Notes: generated by a model not told the origin, from the sequence alone. Positions 36,764 to 47,403 are shown, numbered from the stretch's first letter. The stretch is DNA of 64,000 nt from an uncultured Candidatus Saccharibacteria bacterium (GCA_964608605.1 CAZSOS010000002.1:36601-100600); one strand, 5' to 3'. Translations and numbers: made by a program.

Positions 36764-37126
36764 ATGGGCACCTACCATGATCTTGAGGTATATAAGCGCT
36801 CCTACAAACTAGCGTTGGAAACACATTCGTTGGCATCCTCATTACCGAAGGAATTGAAATTCGATCTAGCAGATCAGATCAGACGCGCCTCCAGATCGAT
36901 ACCGTCTAACATCGCTGAGGGATACGGGCGTAATAAATCAAGGAAGGATACCGCTAATTTTATTAGAAACGCCTTGGGTTCTAATGATGAGATGTTGTTT
37001 AACCTAAGATTTATCTCAGACGCAAGTTTAGCGGATAGAGCCACGTGCCAGGCTCTTTGCAGAGAGTACGAAATTTGCGGAAAACAAATGAACAAGCTTC
37101 TGCAGCAGCTGAACAAGTCTAACTAA
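36764..37126 (+). CDS. four-helix-bundle protein of the '23S rRNA intervening-sequence protein' family, located outside any rRNA gene
   Basis: The family signature is YHDLEVYKRSYKLALETH...LPKELKFDLADQIRRASRSIPSNIAEGYGR...FIRNALGS..E. The start was chosen at MGTYHDL. Flanked by CTAGTTG/CTGGTT-rich imperfect inverted repeats. Confidence 0.65.
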   Translation: MGTYHDLEVYKRSYKLALETHSLASSLPKELKFDLADQIRRASRSIPSNIAEGYGRNKSRKDTANFIRNALGSNDEMLFNLRFISDASLADRATCQALCREYEICGKQMNKLLQQLNKSN

Positions 37127-37207
37127 CAAGTCAACCAGACAACAAGTAGACCAGTTCGTGATATCATTTAGGGATAGTTATGAATTTTTTGGGAAGCTTT
37201 TTCGTGT

Positions 37208-39370
37208 ATGGCGAGGCGTAAGAAACAAGTGGTAGAGGAGAAGCGATCGTTCTTCGACGATCTCTCGCCGCACACCAAGCAGGCTATCGGAGCGGTGGCT
37301 TTCGCCGTCCTCGGCGTCTACTTCTTGCTGGCGCTCATAAACGTCTCGGGCGTGGCCGGAGAGGTGACTAAGGACGTGCTCATATATATATTCGGCAGCG
37401 GCGCGTACCTGGCGCCACTAGTCTGCGCCTTTTACGTCTACGCCCTGTTGCGGCCGCGCGAGGACGAGCGCGTCAGCCTGTCTAAGGTCATCGGTATCGC
37501 GCTCATCTTCACTTCGCTCTTGGGAGCGCTCAGTCTCTACGAGGCCGACCTCGGCGGACATCTGGGATATTACCTACAGTACCCGCTCTCACTGCTTTTC
37601 GGTCCAATCATGGCCGGAGTGGTGTTCGGAGCCACGACGCTGGCCGGCGTGTTCCTGACCTTCAATATCGGTTTCCAGAAGCCGAAGCGAGAAAAGGCCG
37701 ACGAGGGAATGCTGGCGGACGAGATCGACCTGCCGCTCATCACCGGCGGAGGCGACGATAACGACGAGCCGGCCGAGACGGAAGCGAAGGCCGAGGAGAA
37801 GCCGGCGAAGATCAAGATCAGCGAACGCCTGGGCATCACCCCGGGAGACAACTTCACCATATCGGCTTTCGAAGGACCGTACGACCCGCCGCCTTTGTCG
37901 CTACTATCGAAGGATAAGGGCAAATCGAAGAGCGGCGACGTGAAGGCCAACGCTAACATCATCAAGCGCACCCTGAAGAACTTCAACATCGAGGTGGAGA
38001 TGGACGAGGTATCGATCGGCCCATCGGTGACCCGCTTCGCCTTAAAGCCGGCCGAAGGCGTGCGCATCTCGAAGATCGTGGGACTACAGAACAACCTGGA
38101 GCTGGCCCTGGCCGCCAGCCCGATCCGCATCGAAGCGCCGATCCCGGGCAAGTCGCTGGTCGGCATCGAGGTGCCGAACACGCAGAAGGCCACGGTCGGC
38201 CTGGCCTCGCTCTTGGGTTCAGCCGAATACGCCGATTCGCCGAAGCCTTTACTGGTAGCGCTGGGCCGCGATATCACGGGTATCCCGCACTTCGCCAACG
38301 TGGCTAAGATGCCGCACGCCTTGATCGCCGGTACCACTGGCTCGGGTAAGTCGGTAACGATCCACACGCTCATCACCTCACTGCTGTTCCGCAACTCTCC
38401 CGAACAGCTCAGGTTCATCATGGTGGACCCGAAGCGGGTGGAACTCACTCTCTATAACGGCATCCCGCACCTCTTGACCCCGGTCATCACCGACGCCAAG
38501 AAAGCGATCCTATCCTTGAAGTGGGCCATCAAGGAGATGGAAAGACGTTACGACATCCTGCAGGCTGAAAGGGTGCGCGACGTGGGATCGTATCATGAAA
38601 AGGTGTACAAGCCGGCCAAAGCGGAATTCGTGAAGAAGGGTTCCCGCGACGAAGATCGAGAGGGACTGCCGGAGCCGATGCCGTACATCCTCATATTCAT
38701 CGACGAGCTGGCCGACCTGATGTCTAGCTATCCGCGGGAACTCGAGGCTTCGATCGTGCGTCTGGCGCAGATGAGCCGCGCCATCGGCATCCACCTGGTG
38801 CTCTCGACCCAGCGGCCTTCGGTGAACGTCATCACCGGCCTCATCAAAGCCAACGTGCCTTCCCGCGTGGCTTTGCAGGTGGCTTCCCAGATCGACTCCC
38901 GCACCATCTTGGACCAGATCGGCGCCGAGAAGCTTCTCGGCCAAGGCGACATGCTCTTCCTATCCGGAGAATTGGCCAAGCCGATACGCCTGCAGTCGGC
39001 CTACATATCGGAGGAAGAACTGCACGGGGTCGTGGACTATCTGAAGAGCCAGGGCGGCGGACACGACCTGGATTCGATCGATCTCGATAACGTCGGCGGC
39101 ACCGGTGCCGAGAGCGCCTTCGGTTCGATGGGAGGAGACGATGACGACGACCTCTTCGAGGAGGCCAAACAGGCGGTGGTGGAGGCCGGTAAGGCCTCGA
39201 CCTCCTACCTGCAGCGCAAACTCCGCATCGGCTACTCACGCGCGGCGCGGCTGATGGACATTCTCGAAGAACGCGGCGTCATCGGACCGCAGGACGGCTC
39301 GAAACCGCGAGAGATCCTGGCCGGACCAGGGGAAGGCGGGGACGATGGCGATAGCGACGCGCGCTTTTAA
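37208..39370 (+). CDS. ftsK: DNA translocase FtsK/SpoIIIE
   Basis: N-terminal TM helices, an acidic linker, a motor domain with GTTGSGKSV and the C-terminal gamma wHTH (YLQRKLRIGYSRAARLMD). Confidence 0.85.
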   Translation: MARRKKQVVEEKRSFFDDLSPHTKQAIGAVAFAVLGVYFLLALINVSGVAGEVTKDVLIYIFGSGAYLAPLVCAFYVYALLRPREDERVSLSKVIGIALIFTSLLGALSLYEADLGGHLGYYLQYPLSLLFGPIMAGVVFGATTLAGVFLTFNIGFQKPKREKADEGMLADEIDLPLITGGGDDNDEPAETEAKAEEKPAKIKISERLGITPGDNFTISAFEGPYDPPPLSLLSKDKGKSKSGDVKANANIIKRTLKNFNIEVEMDEVSIGPSVTRFALKPAEGVRISKIVGLQNNLELALAASPIRIEAPIPGKSLVGIEVPNTQKATVGLASLLGSAEYADSPKPLLVALGRDITGIPHFANVAKMPHALIAGTTGSGKSVTIHTLITSLLFRNSPEQLRFIMVDPKRVELTLYNGIPHLLTPVITDAKKAILSLKWAIKEMERRYDILQAERVRDVGSYHEKVYKPAKAEFVKKGSRDEDREGLPEPMPYILIFIDELADLMSSYPRELEASIVRLAQMSRAIGIHLVLSTQRPSVNVITGLIKANVPSRVALQVASQIDSRTILDQIGAEKLLGQGDMLFLSGELAKPIRLQSAYISEEELHGVVDYLKSQGGGHDLDSIDLDNVGGTGAESAFGSMGGDDDDDLFEEAKQAVVEAGKASTSYLQRKLRIGYSRAARLMDILEERGVIGPQDGSKPREILAGPGEGGDDGDSDARF

Positions 39371-39384
39371 GAAAGAACGAATCC

Positions 39385-39807
39385 ATGAGACCGATAAAGA
39401 CCAGGACCTTCATACTGCCGACCATCCTTAGATACGCGCTATTCGCGATACTGCTTAGCGGCGGTGTCTGGTACGCCTTCTGGCAAGGAAGACATCTGAT
39501 CGCCGGACCGGGAGTGGCTATCACCGAAGAACCGGACATGGTGGAGAACAGCCGAGTGGTATTCGTCCGTGGCGTGGCCGAAAACGCCACGGCGCTGTAC
39601 CTAAACGGCCGCCCGATAGTGACGGACCAAAGCGGGGCCTTCGCCGAGGGCGTGGTGCTGGAGAACGGCTACTCGGTCATCAGCATAGACGCCAGGGACC
39701 GCTACGGCCGACGGGTCCACTGGGAGAAACCGGTGGTCTTCGTGGCCAAGGACGAGGTAGAGACCGCCTGGCTACCCTTGGGGTATAATGAGGGGGTAAG
39801 ACGATAA
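39385..39807 (+). CDS. membrane-anchored hypothetical protein
   Basis: N-terminal TM segment [24 protein letters not shown]. Confidence 0.4.
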   Translation: MRPIKTRTFILPTILRYALFAILLSGGVWYAFWQGRHLIAGPGVAITEEPDMVENSRVVFVRGVAENATALYLNGRPIVTDQSGAFAEGVVLENGYSVISIDARDRYGRRVHWEKPVVFVAKDEVETAWLPLGYNEGVRR

Positions 39808-39823
39808 TCCTAAATTCCCTATC

Positions 39824-40897
<1,074 letters not shown>

Positions 40898-40902
40898 GAG
40901 AT

Positions 40903-40938
40903 AAAAATAAGCGGGTGCCTTTGGCACCCGCTTATTTT
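40903..40938. terminator. bidirectional terminator (AAAATAAGCGGGTGCC-TTT-GGCACCCGCTTATTTTT)
   Basis: Perfect hairpin with an A-run and a T-run between convergent genes. Confidence 0.65.
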
Positions 40939-40945
40939 TATATAC

Positions 40946-41275
40946 CTAAACCCATTCGGCTCGGTTGGCGATGTGCACGAAACGGCGGTCGCGGAAGAGA
41001 CGCCAGATCAAAGACGCGACCGTGACGATGATGATAGCCAGCCAAACAATGGTGAGAGTTCCGGTATTCAAGAGCGCGCCGAGGAAAAACTGCAGCACCT
41101 CCCCCACCTTCACTTGCATCAAATTGGCCAGGACATCGGGTACCGAGACCACGCGCGACAGGGCGAACAAACTGATCAGCAGCAACGCCGCGTGCAAGAA
41201 GACGGGGTGAGTAACCTGGCGCAGGAAAAAAGCGTAGTAGACGCGGCGCATGATCTTTTTACTTAGCTCGGCCAT
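40946..41275 (-). CDS. membrane protein downstream of the ECF sigma factor (possible anti-sigma factor)
   Basis: Three hydrophobic segments. The position immediately 3' of the sigma gene suggests co-transcription. Confidence 0.35.
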   Translation of the reverse strand: MAELSKKIMRRVYYAFFLRQVTHPVFLHAALLLISLFALSRVVSVPDVLANLMQVKVGEVLQFFLGALLNTGTLTIVWLAIIIVTVASLIWRLFRDRRFVHIANRAEWV

Positions 41276-41308
41276 ATATCGATTATAACTTGGATAAAAG
41301 TCGAAACG

Positions 41309-41887
41309 TTACGACCGGTCGGCCGCGATCCTTCTAAAAACGGCCTTGGCGCGATGGATCCTAGCTTTAACGGTGCCCACCTCTTCCCCGTTCTTCTCGG
41401 CTATGTCTTGCTGGGTCCAGCGCTCTAGATAGAACAGTCTGAGGACTTCGGCCAAGTGTCCGGGCATGGACGCCAATAATCGCTCCACTAAGTCTCGGTC
41501 TTGATCAAAAGCGGCAGGCAAACTTTCGTCCTTGATGAACTGTTCGAACTCGGGATCGATGACCGTGAATCGCTGGCCCTCTTTTAGCAACTTTTGATAG
41601 CGCGTGAAGGCGGTATTCATCAGGATACGGTAGGCCCAGGAGGAAAACGAGGCGCCCTCCTGAGGCTGGAATCGATCGGCGTTGATATAGATCTTCGTGA
41701 ACGCATCTTGAACCACCTCTTCAGCATCCTCCGGCCGATGCACGATGCCTCTGGCCTTACGCAGAAAAGCCTCCTGGTAACGCTCTAAAAGCACGGCAAA
41801 AAGCCAAGGTTCCGAGCGCGAGCGCTGCAGCACGACCTCATCGCTTAATTCCTGAGCCTGTTCCTTGGATGGAAAACCGAGCATCAT
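41309..41887 (-). CDS. RNA polymerase sigma factor, ECF (sigma-70 group 4) family
   Basis: Region 2 EEVVQDAFTKIYINADRF and region 4 LAEVLRLFYLERWTQQDIAEKNGEEVGTVKARIHRAKAVFR. Confidence 0.75.
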   Translation of the reverse strand: MMLGFPSKEQAQELSDEVVLQRSRSEPWLFAVLLERYQEAFLRKARGIVHRPEDAEEVVQDAFTKIYINADRFQPQEGASFSSWAYRILMNTAFTRYQKLLKEGQRFTVIDPEFEQFIKDESLPAAFDQDRDLVERLLASMPGHLAEVLRLFYLERWTQQDIAEKNGEEVGTVKARIHRAKAVFRRIAADRS

Positions 41888-41956
41888 CTTGTTTGCTAGT
41901 TTACCAGTTTTCTGGTTAACTAGTGGACCAACACACCAGCTAACCAGCCAACTAGT

Positions 41957-42532
41957 ATGTCCGTCCTATCATATAACGAGATCCTCCCCAAGAAAGTTAT
42001 CATCTTCAACGACGAGCCGTACGTGGTGGTCTCTAGCCACGTCTTCCGCAAGCAGCAGCGCAAGCCGGTCAACGTCACCAAACTCAAGAACCTGAAATCC
42101 GGACGCGTGGTGGAATACTCCTTCCACCAGAACGAGAACGCCGAAGAGGCCGATATGGAGAAGAAGTCGATCACCTTCATTTACGAACAGAAGGGTGAGT
42201 ACTGGTTCCATGAAGTCGGCGATAAAGGACAGCGCTTCGCGCTCGCGGCCGATCTGATCGGTCCGGCGGCCAAATTCATGAAGGCCAATACCGACGTCGA
42301 GGCTTTGGTCTTTGACGAGGAGATAATCGGCGTGACCGTGCCGATCAAGGTGGAACTGAAGGTCAAGGAAGCGATGCCGGCCGTTAAGGGCAACACTTCT
42401 TCGGGCGCGCAGAAAGAGGTGACTCTCGAAACCGGCGCGACCATCATGGTGCCGATGTTCATCGGCGAAGGTGATGTCATTTCTATCAATACTGAGAGCG
42501 GCACCTATTCCGAGCGGATGGAGAAGGCCTAA
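41957..42532 (+). CDS. efp: elongation factor P
   Basis: KOW-like N-terminal domain, KLKNLKSGRVVEYSF and the three-domain EF-P length. Confidence 0.8.
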   Translation: MSVLSYNEILPKKVIIFNDEPYVVVSSHVFRKQQRKPVNVTKLKNLKSGRVVEYSFHQNENAEEADMEKKSITFIYEQKGEYWFHEVGDKGQRFALAADLIGPAAKFMKANTDVEALVFDEEIIGVTVPIKVELKVKEAMPAVKGNTSSGAQKEVTLETGATIMVPMFIGEGDVISINTESGTYSERMEKA

Positions 42533-42562
42533 CTAGTTTTCTGGTTTCCTAGTAGCTAGTTA

Positions 42563-42600
42563 CCCGGAAAAGATAAAGCCGGGCGCGAAGCGCCCGGCTT
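42563..42600. terminator. bidirectional terminator (AAAGCCGGGCGC-GAAG-CGCCCGGCTTTTTGG)
   Basis: GC hairpin with a T-run. Confidence 0.6.
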
Positions 42601-42605
42601 TTTGG

Positions 42606-42833
42606 TCACTGGAATAGATCGACGAATCGATAGACCAGCTGTACCGAGGATGGCGTCTCCTTCAGTTGGGAATGCACCACAGCCAGAACCCAAACCACCA
42701 GCAGTAGCAGCGCTATGACCACCATGATAGCCTCGCGCGCTTCACCGATATCGTCGGGCCTTGGATCGAACGGCGGGATAAACGGCTGGTGTTCGTCCTC
42801 ATTCGTCCGCCACCAGTCGTAGTTGTCGTTCAT
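42606..42833 (-). CDS. small membrane protein (75 aa)
   Basis: Single TM segment AIMVVIALLLLVVWVLAVV with an acidic Trp/Pro-rich N-terminus. Confidence 0.35.
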   Translation of the reverse strand: MNDNYDWWRTNEDEHQPFIPPFDPRPDDIGEAREAIMVVIALLLLVVWVLAVVHSQLKETPSSVQLVYRFVDLFQ

Positions 42834-42881
42834 ATCACTCCTCCCTCACGTATGAACCTCTGACTGTAGCTTGACGCCTTT

Positions 42882-42925
42882 TGCGCCAAAAGTAAAGCAC
42901 GGCCGGGCATTCGCCCGGCCGTGCT
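42882..42925 (-). terminator. terminator hairpin after rpsR (AAAGTAAAGCACGGCCGGGC-ATT-CGCCCGGCCGTGCTTTACTTT)
   Basis: 20-bp perfect stem. Confidence 0.6.
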
Positions 42926-42938
42926 TTACTTTCAGATC

Positions 42939-43145
42939 CTAATGGCTGACGTACGGCATCAGGGCCATAAAGCGCGCGCGCTTGATGGCTTTGGCCAGAT
43001 CGCGTTGAGCGCTGGCCTTGAAGCCGGTGCGCTTGCGAGACAGGATGCGAGCGTGAGGATTCACCTGAGCGCCAAGCTTGGTGATGTCCTTGTAGTCTAT
43101 GTGGTTTTGTGTTGAATCTTTCCGTTCAGTGTTTTTGTTTTCGTT
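42939..43145 (-). CDS. rpsR: 30S ribosomal protein S18
   Basis: YKDITKLGAQVNPHARILSRKRTGFKASAQRDLAKAIKRARFMALMPYV is the S18 signature. The start was chosen at MNENKN; the longer ORF start at 43211 lies in an AT-rich repeat. Confidence 0.8.
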   Translation of the reverse strand, partial: NENKNTERKDSTQNHIDYKDITKLGAQVNPHARILSRKRTGFKASAQRDLAKAIKRARFMALMPYVSH

Positions 43146-43283
43146 CATATATTGGTTATTGGTATCGGCTACTCGCAAATTTTGAATTACTAATTTTGAA
43201 TTTTGATTCAATTTTTAATGTTTAAATTTTGAAACATTAGCTAATTCAACATTGATTCGAAATTTGAAATTCATCATTCGAAA

Positions 43284-43730
43284 TTAGAAGGGTATATCAT
43301 CGGGATTTATTTCTTCTTCAGGGTAGTCAGGTAGCTTAGGCGCGTTCGGAGTGTTGGCGGCATTGGAAGCGGAAACGGTATTGTCTCCGCCACCAGTACC
43401 CCGGCCGCCGTCGGCGCCGAACTGGAAGTTGTCAGCCACGATCTCGGTGCGATAGCGCTTCACGCCATCCTGCTCCCAGGAACGGGTCTGCATGCGGCCC
43501 TCGATGTACACTGGCCGGCCCTTCTTGAGCCACTGCCCCATGACGTCGGCCAATTTGCCGAAAGCCACGACATCGTGGAATTCGGTCTGCTCCTGTTTCT
43601 TGCCGTCCTTATCGGTATAGGTGCGGTTGGTGGCGACAGCGAACGAACAGACCGCTTGGCCGCTCGGAAGCGCTCTCTTCTCGGGATCACGGGTCAGGTT
43701 GCCGTAGATGATGGCCTTGTTGATGTACAT
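43284..43730 (-). CDS. ssb: single-stranded DNA-binding protein
   Basis: OB-fold core, a Gly-rich linker and the acidic C-terminal tip DDIPF. Confidence 0.85.
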   Translation of the reverse strand: MYINKAIIYGNLTRDPEKRALPSGQAVCSFAVATNRTYTDKDGKKQEQTEFHDVVAFGKLADVMGQWLKKGRPVYIEGRMQTRSWEQDGVKRYRTEIVADNFQFGADGGRGTGGGDNTVSASNAANTPNAPKLPDYPEEEINPDDIPF

Positions 43731-43775
43731 AAGCTAGGTTTTTAGGGTGAAGGACTTGGTAAGACTTGTCCCCTA

Positions 43776-44309
43776 TTATACCTCTTTTTCTTCGGTCGCG
43801 GACTCCTCCTTGGCCTCCTCGGTCGGGGCGGCCTCGGCCACCACCTCTGACTCCTCGTAGTTGGTGACCTGCTTCAGGTCGCGGATGGCGTCATGGAAGC
43901 GGAACGGATTCTCCTCTTCGACACGAGTGAGCTTGACCAGGAGGTGGCGCAAGATGGCCGCGTTAGCATCAACCTCAGCGTTGAGGGTCACCGCGCTCGC
44001 CGGCGCCGCCTTAAAACGGACCCAGCCGAAGTAGGCCGAGCGGAACTTCCGATTCTTGCCTTCGATGTGTTTCTCGATCTCGTAGGCCAGTTCGAAACGC
44101 TCAGGCGCTTCTTCGCCGACGATCTCACCGCCGGCCTTATCGATAGTGTCTTTGATCTTTAGAAAGACCTCTGCTACTTCCCCTTCGGCGATCGTTGGAA
44201 GTACGTGGAAAGCGAGCTCGTAGCTCTGGACATCCTTTTCGTCCAGCTCCGCGTTCTCGACTTCGACCGCCGGCATGTTGTTTTCTACCATTATGTTGTT
44301 TTTAGACAC
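43776..44309 (-). CDS. rpsF: 30S ribosomal protein S6 with an acidic C-terminal extension
   Basis: YELAFHVLPT...RSAYFGWVRFKA aligns to S6. The gene order rpsF-ssb-rpsR is conserved. The exact start is uncertain. Confidence 0.65.
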   Translation of the reverse strand: MSKNNIMVENNMPAVEVENAELDEKDVQSYELAFHVLPTIAEGEVAEVFLKIKDTIDKAGGEIVGEEAPERFELAYEIEKHIEGKNRKFRSAYFGWVRFKAAPASAVTLNAEVDANAAILRHLLVKLTRVEEENPFRFHDAIRDLKQVTNYEESEVVAEAAPTEEAKEESATEEKEV

Positions 44310-44419
44310 CTGGCCGCGAGGCCAGATATCAACTTATAACGGCGCTACCGTACCACGGATTCATAACAAATTCAACAGGGTAGACCTTTTTGTCGGGGCC
44401 GATATGTTAAAATTCGAAC

Positions 44420-45322
44420 ATGGAAACCAATCTCCGGAATATCCTGACCATCATGCTCGCAGTGGCCGCCCTGGGAAGCGGCGCCTTCTTCTGGTGGCAG
44501 AGCACCCAGCATAAGGAGACGGTAGCAACGCTTAATCAGCGTCTCGAAGCCCAAGGCGAAGAGCTGGCCCTCAAAGAGAACGTCATCACCGAGCTGTCCG
44601 ACCGCCTGCAGATGACCAGCCAGGAGCTATCTGACACCGAAGACCGGCTGCGCGACGAGAAGGACCGCAACGACGAGTTCGAGGACCGGATCAACGACCT
44701 GGCCGGCACGGTGTCGGACCTCGACAAGCTTTCGAAGACCGATAAGGAACTGCTGCAGAAATATTCCAAGGTCTACTTCCTCAACGAACACTACGTTCCG
44801 GAAGCGCTCTCGGAGATCGACAACGAGTGGAAGTACTCCGAGTCCCGCACCCACCAGCTCCACAGCAAGGTCATGCCCTTCTTCGAAAGAATGCTGAAAG
44901 CGGCCAAACGCGATGGTATCGATCTTTGGGTCACTTCGAGCTACCGCTCGTTCTACGACCAGGCTTCGCTCAAGGGAGCCTACACCGTCACTTACGGCTC
45001 AGGCGCCAACGCCTTCTCGGCCGACCAAGGATTCTCGGAGCACCAACTCGGCACGGCCATCGACTTCACCACCGCTAACATGAACGGCGCTTTAACGAAC
45101 GCTTTCGCCGCCACCGAAGCTTTCAAGTGGCTCCAGAAGAACGCCCACAAATACGGCTTCACCCTCTCCTACCCGGAAGGCAACCAGTACTACGTTTATG
45201 AACCGTGGCACTGGCGCTTCGTCGGCGTCGAGCTGGCCACCGACCTCCATCGCGACGACGCCCACTTCTATGACTGGGAGCAACGCACGATCGATCAGTA
45301 TCTCCTCAATATCTTTGACTGA
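44420..45322 (+). CDS. D-alanyl-D-alanine carboxypeptidase, VanY / peptidase M15B family, membrane-anchored with a coiled-coil
   Basis: SEHQLGTAIDF...EPWHWRFVG contains the zinc ligands of the M15B fold. There is an N-terminal TM segment. Confidence 0.7.
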   Translation: METNLRNILTIMLAVAALGSGAFFWWQSTQHKETVATLNQRLEAQGEELALKENVITELSDRLQMTSQELSDTEDRLRDEKDRNDEFEDRINDLAGTVSDLDKLSKTDKELLQKYSKVYFLNEHYVPEALSEIDNEWKYSESRTHQLHSKVMPFFERMLKAAKRDGIDLWVTSSYRSFYDQASLKGAYTVTYGSGANAFSADQGFSEHQLGTAIDFTTANMNGALTNAFAATEAFKWLQKNAHKYGFTLSYPEGNQYYVYEPWHWRFVGVELATDLHRDDAHFYDWEQRTIDQYLLNIFD

Positions 45323-45366
45323 CGCTAAAGCCCGCGGCCACAAGGCCGCGGGCTTTGAAGAATGAT

Positions 45367-45480
45367 TCATTCGCGTCCGGTAATATCGTCCGCGTGCCGC
45401 TTCACTATCCCGCGCCACAGCACGTAGCCGAGGACGGCGATGACGACGGCGAAGATCAGGACCATGACCAGATAATCCAT
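45367..45480 (-). CDS. unannotated 37-aa hydrophobic peptide (MDYLVMVLIFAVVIAVLGYVLWRGIVKRHADDITGRE)
   Basis: GGAG SD 6 nt upstream of the ATG and a single TM helix. Not in the ORF track because it is shorter than 60 aa. Confidence 0.4.
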   Translation of the reverse strand: MDYLVMVLIFAVVIAVLGYVLWRGIVKRHADDITGRE

Positions 45481-45493
45481 CTCAATCTCCTTT

Positions 45494-45574
45494 TCAGGTC
45501 GGGAACCAGAAGGCCATCAGTACCAGGCTCAAGATCGGGATGGCTATTTCAGCCGCTATCAGAGTCTCGAACAT
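45494..45574 (-). CDS. unannotated 26-aa hydrophobic peptide (MFETLIAAEIAIPILSLVLMAFWFPT)
   Basis: Strong GGAGGTG SD 5 nt upstream of the ATG. Arranged in tandem with the 37-aa peptide. Confidence 0.4.
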   Translation of the reverse strand: MFETLIAAEIAIPILSLVLMAFWFPT

Positions 45575-45607
45575 CCAAACACCTCCATGTCTGAACGGTA
45601 AATTACC

Positions 45608-46474
45608 CTAAATATCCAATTTGTACAGAGCCGCGGCGTTGGCCACGAGCTGCCTCCTCACCCCCTCCTCGTCCTCCCCGCGGATCTCCGCGATCTTCTT
45701 ATAGACCTCCTTTACCATCCACGGTTCGCACCGCTGACCGCGATACGGTACCGGCGCCACGTACGGGCAGTCGGTCTCGGCATGAATCATGTCCAAAGGC
45801 GCGTTCCTGACCACTTCCTCGTAATCTTTGGCGAAGGTGATGACGCCGGTAAACGACACCGAAAAATCGATATCGAAGAATCTCTTGGCCTGCTCCCAAT
45901 TACCGGCATAGAAATGCACGTTGCCCGGAACCTTGGCGTGGGCTTTCAATATCTCATAAGTGTCGTCGTAGACGTTGCCGACCCCCGCGGAGGCCTTGGC
46001 CGAAGCGCTGTTCCCTTTGGCGTCCCGCGTATGGATCATGAGAGGCAAACCAAGTTCGTTAGCCAATTCGATCTGCGCGATAAAGGCTCTCTCTTGCACC
46101 GCTTTAGTGTCGCTTTCCAGACGATAGTAGTCCAAGCCGCACTCACCGATCGCCACCACCTTCTTACTCCCGGCCAGTTCGCGATAATAAGCAGCGTCGA
46201 ATTCTTCCCCTCTCGAGGTGAACCCTTTCATGTTGGCGCCGAGTTCCTGTTCGTCGTGATATGAAGCGGAGGTGTGGACCGGATGCAGACCGACGATGGC
46301 GAAGCAGTGGTCGGCCTCCATCGCTAATTCCACCGCCCGACGACTGGTGTCGGCCTGGGTACCGACGTTGATCATCGCTACTTCCTCCGCTTGGCAACGC
46401 TCCATCACCGCTTTCGTGTCATCCTGGAAAGCGTTGATGTTCACGTGGGCGTGGGTGTCGATATACCGATACAT
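45608..46474 (-). CDS. tatD: TatD-family metal-dependent hydrolase/DNase
   Basis: IDTHAHVN start and the conserved His/Glu/Asp pattern of the TatD TIM-barrel. Confidence 0.8.
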   Translation of the reverse strand: MYRYIDTHAHVNINAFQDDTKAVMERCQAEEVAMINVGTQADTSRRAVELAMEADHCFAIVGLHPVHTSASYHDEQELGANMKGFTSRGEEFDAAYYRELAGSKKVVAIGECGLDYYRLESDTKAVQERAFIAQIELANELGLPLMIHTRDAKGNSASAKASAGVGNVYDDTYEILKAHAKVPGNVHFYAGNWEQAKRFFDIDFSVSFTGVITFAKDYEEVVRNAPLDMIHAETDCPYVAPVPYRGQRCEPWMVKEVYKKIAEIRGEDEEGVRRQLVANAAALYKLDI

Positions 46475-46498
46475 TGCCGGTACGATAACACAAAACGG

Positions 46499-46987
46499 CT
46501 ATTTTTTGCGGAAGACCATCGTGCCGAAGTCGCGATCCAGCTTGAGGTAAAGAGTGCTACCGCTGACATGGTAGGAGTTCACTAGCGTCAGCTGCTCGGC
46601 GTAGATCGACTCCATCGAACCGGCGCAGAACATCTTGGTGGAAGCGAGGGCGCCGAATCGAAGCGAGTTGTCCGTGCTAAGCAGATAACTGCCCATCAGG
46701 CTGTTACAGTCGGTGGTGCTGGAGACGCGCTTCTCTTCGACGATCAGCGACAGCACGAAGGAGCCGTCCTTGGGCTCCACCACCGAGCCGTCGGCCCGTT
46801 CCGTACGCTCCCACACCCAAGCCACCCCTTCGACGCTTACCTTCTCGCCGAATCCGACCTTGGCGACCCATTCACGGGCGGTCGCGTCGCCCGAAGCATA
46901 GAGCATGCACCAAGCGGCGCCGCCGAACACGATCGCGCCGATCAGCAGTAACGCGGCGGCTGAGATCCCTTTTTTCTTTTTACTCAT
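46499..46987 (-). CDS. META/HslJ-domain protein with an N-terminal TM anchor
   Basis: TTDCNSLMGSY...LRFGALASTKMFC META signature. Paralogous to the C-terminal half of the 6313..7008 protein. Confidence 0.55.
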   Translation of the reverse strand: MSKKKKGISAAALLLIGAIVFGGAAWCMLYASGDATAREWVAKVGFGEKVSVEGVAWVWERTERADGSVVEPKDGSFVLSLIVEEKRVSSTTDCNSLMGSYLLSTDNSLRFGALASTKMFCAGSMESIYAEQLTLVNSYHVSGSTLYLKLDRDFGTMVFRKK

Positions 46988-47001
46988 GACAAGACAAATT
47001 G

Positions 47002-47320
47002 TTAGTTCTTATCCCCGACCTTGCACTTATGGTCATAATATCCCTCGAAGTAACCTTCCTCGTGTCCATCCTGACGCACGAACATGTAGATCGGGTAAGC
47101 GAACACGATCAGACCGACCAGATCGAATAGCGGGCTACGGGCCATGAGGACGATGGCCACGCCTATCAGGGCGATGACCAGCAAGATGGGCATGTCGGCA
47201 CCGCGCGAGTTCTCCATCAGCTTCTCGTAGCTCGAGCGCAGCTCGGAAAACTCCTCTTCGGTGACTTCGCGAAGCCGGCGGGCGTGCTTCTTGATGTTGT
47301 CTTTGGTTACCTTTTTCATA
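47002..47320 (-). CDS. small two-TM membrane protein
   Basis: Hydrophobic segments ILLVIALIGVAIVLMA and LVGLIVFAYPIYMFV. Confidence 0.4.
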
Positions 47321-47403
47321 GATATTGCTATTTCAAACGGCCCGCGATACCCGCGCAAAGCAGGGGCTCTAGTTTATAAAACGTCACGCGAGCACGGGTC
47401 GGA

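Noticed and set aside
43146-43211. Longer start for rpsR (MNQNSKLVIQNLRVADTNNQY...)
   Set aside because: The extension runs into the AT-rich repeat element. S18 homologues begin near MNENKN.
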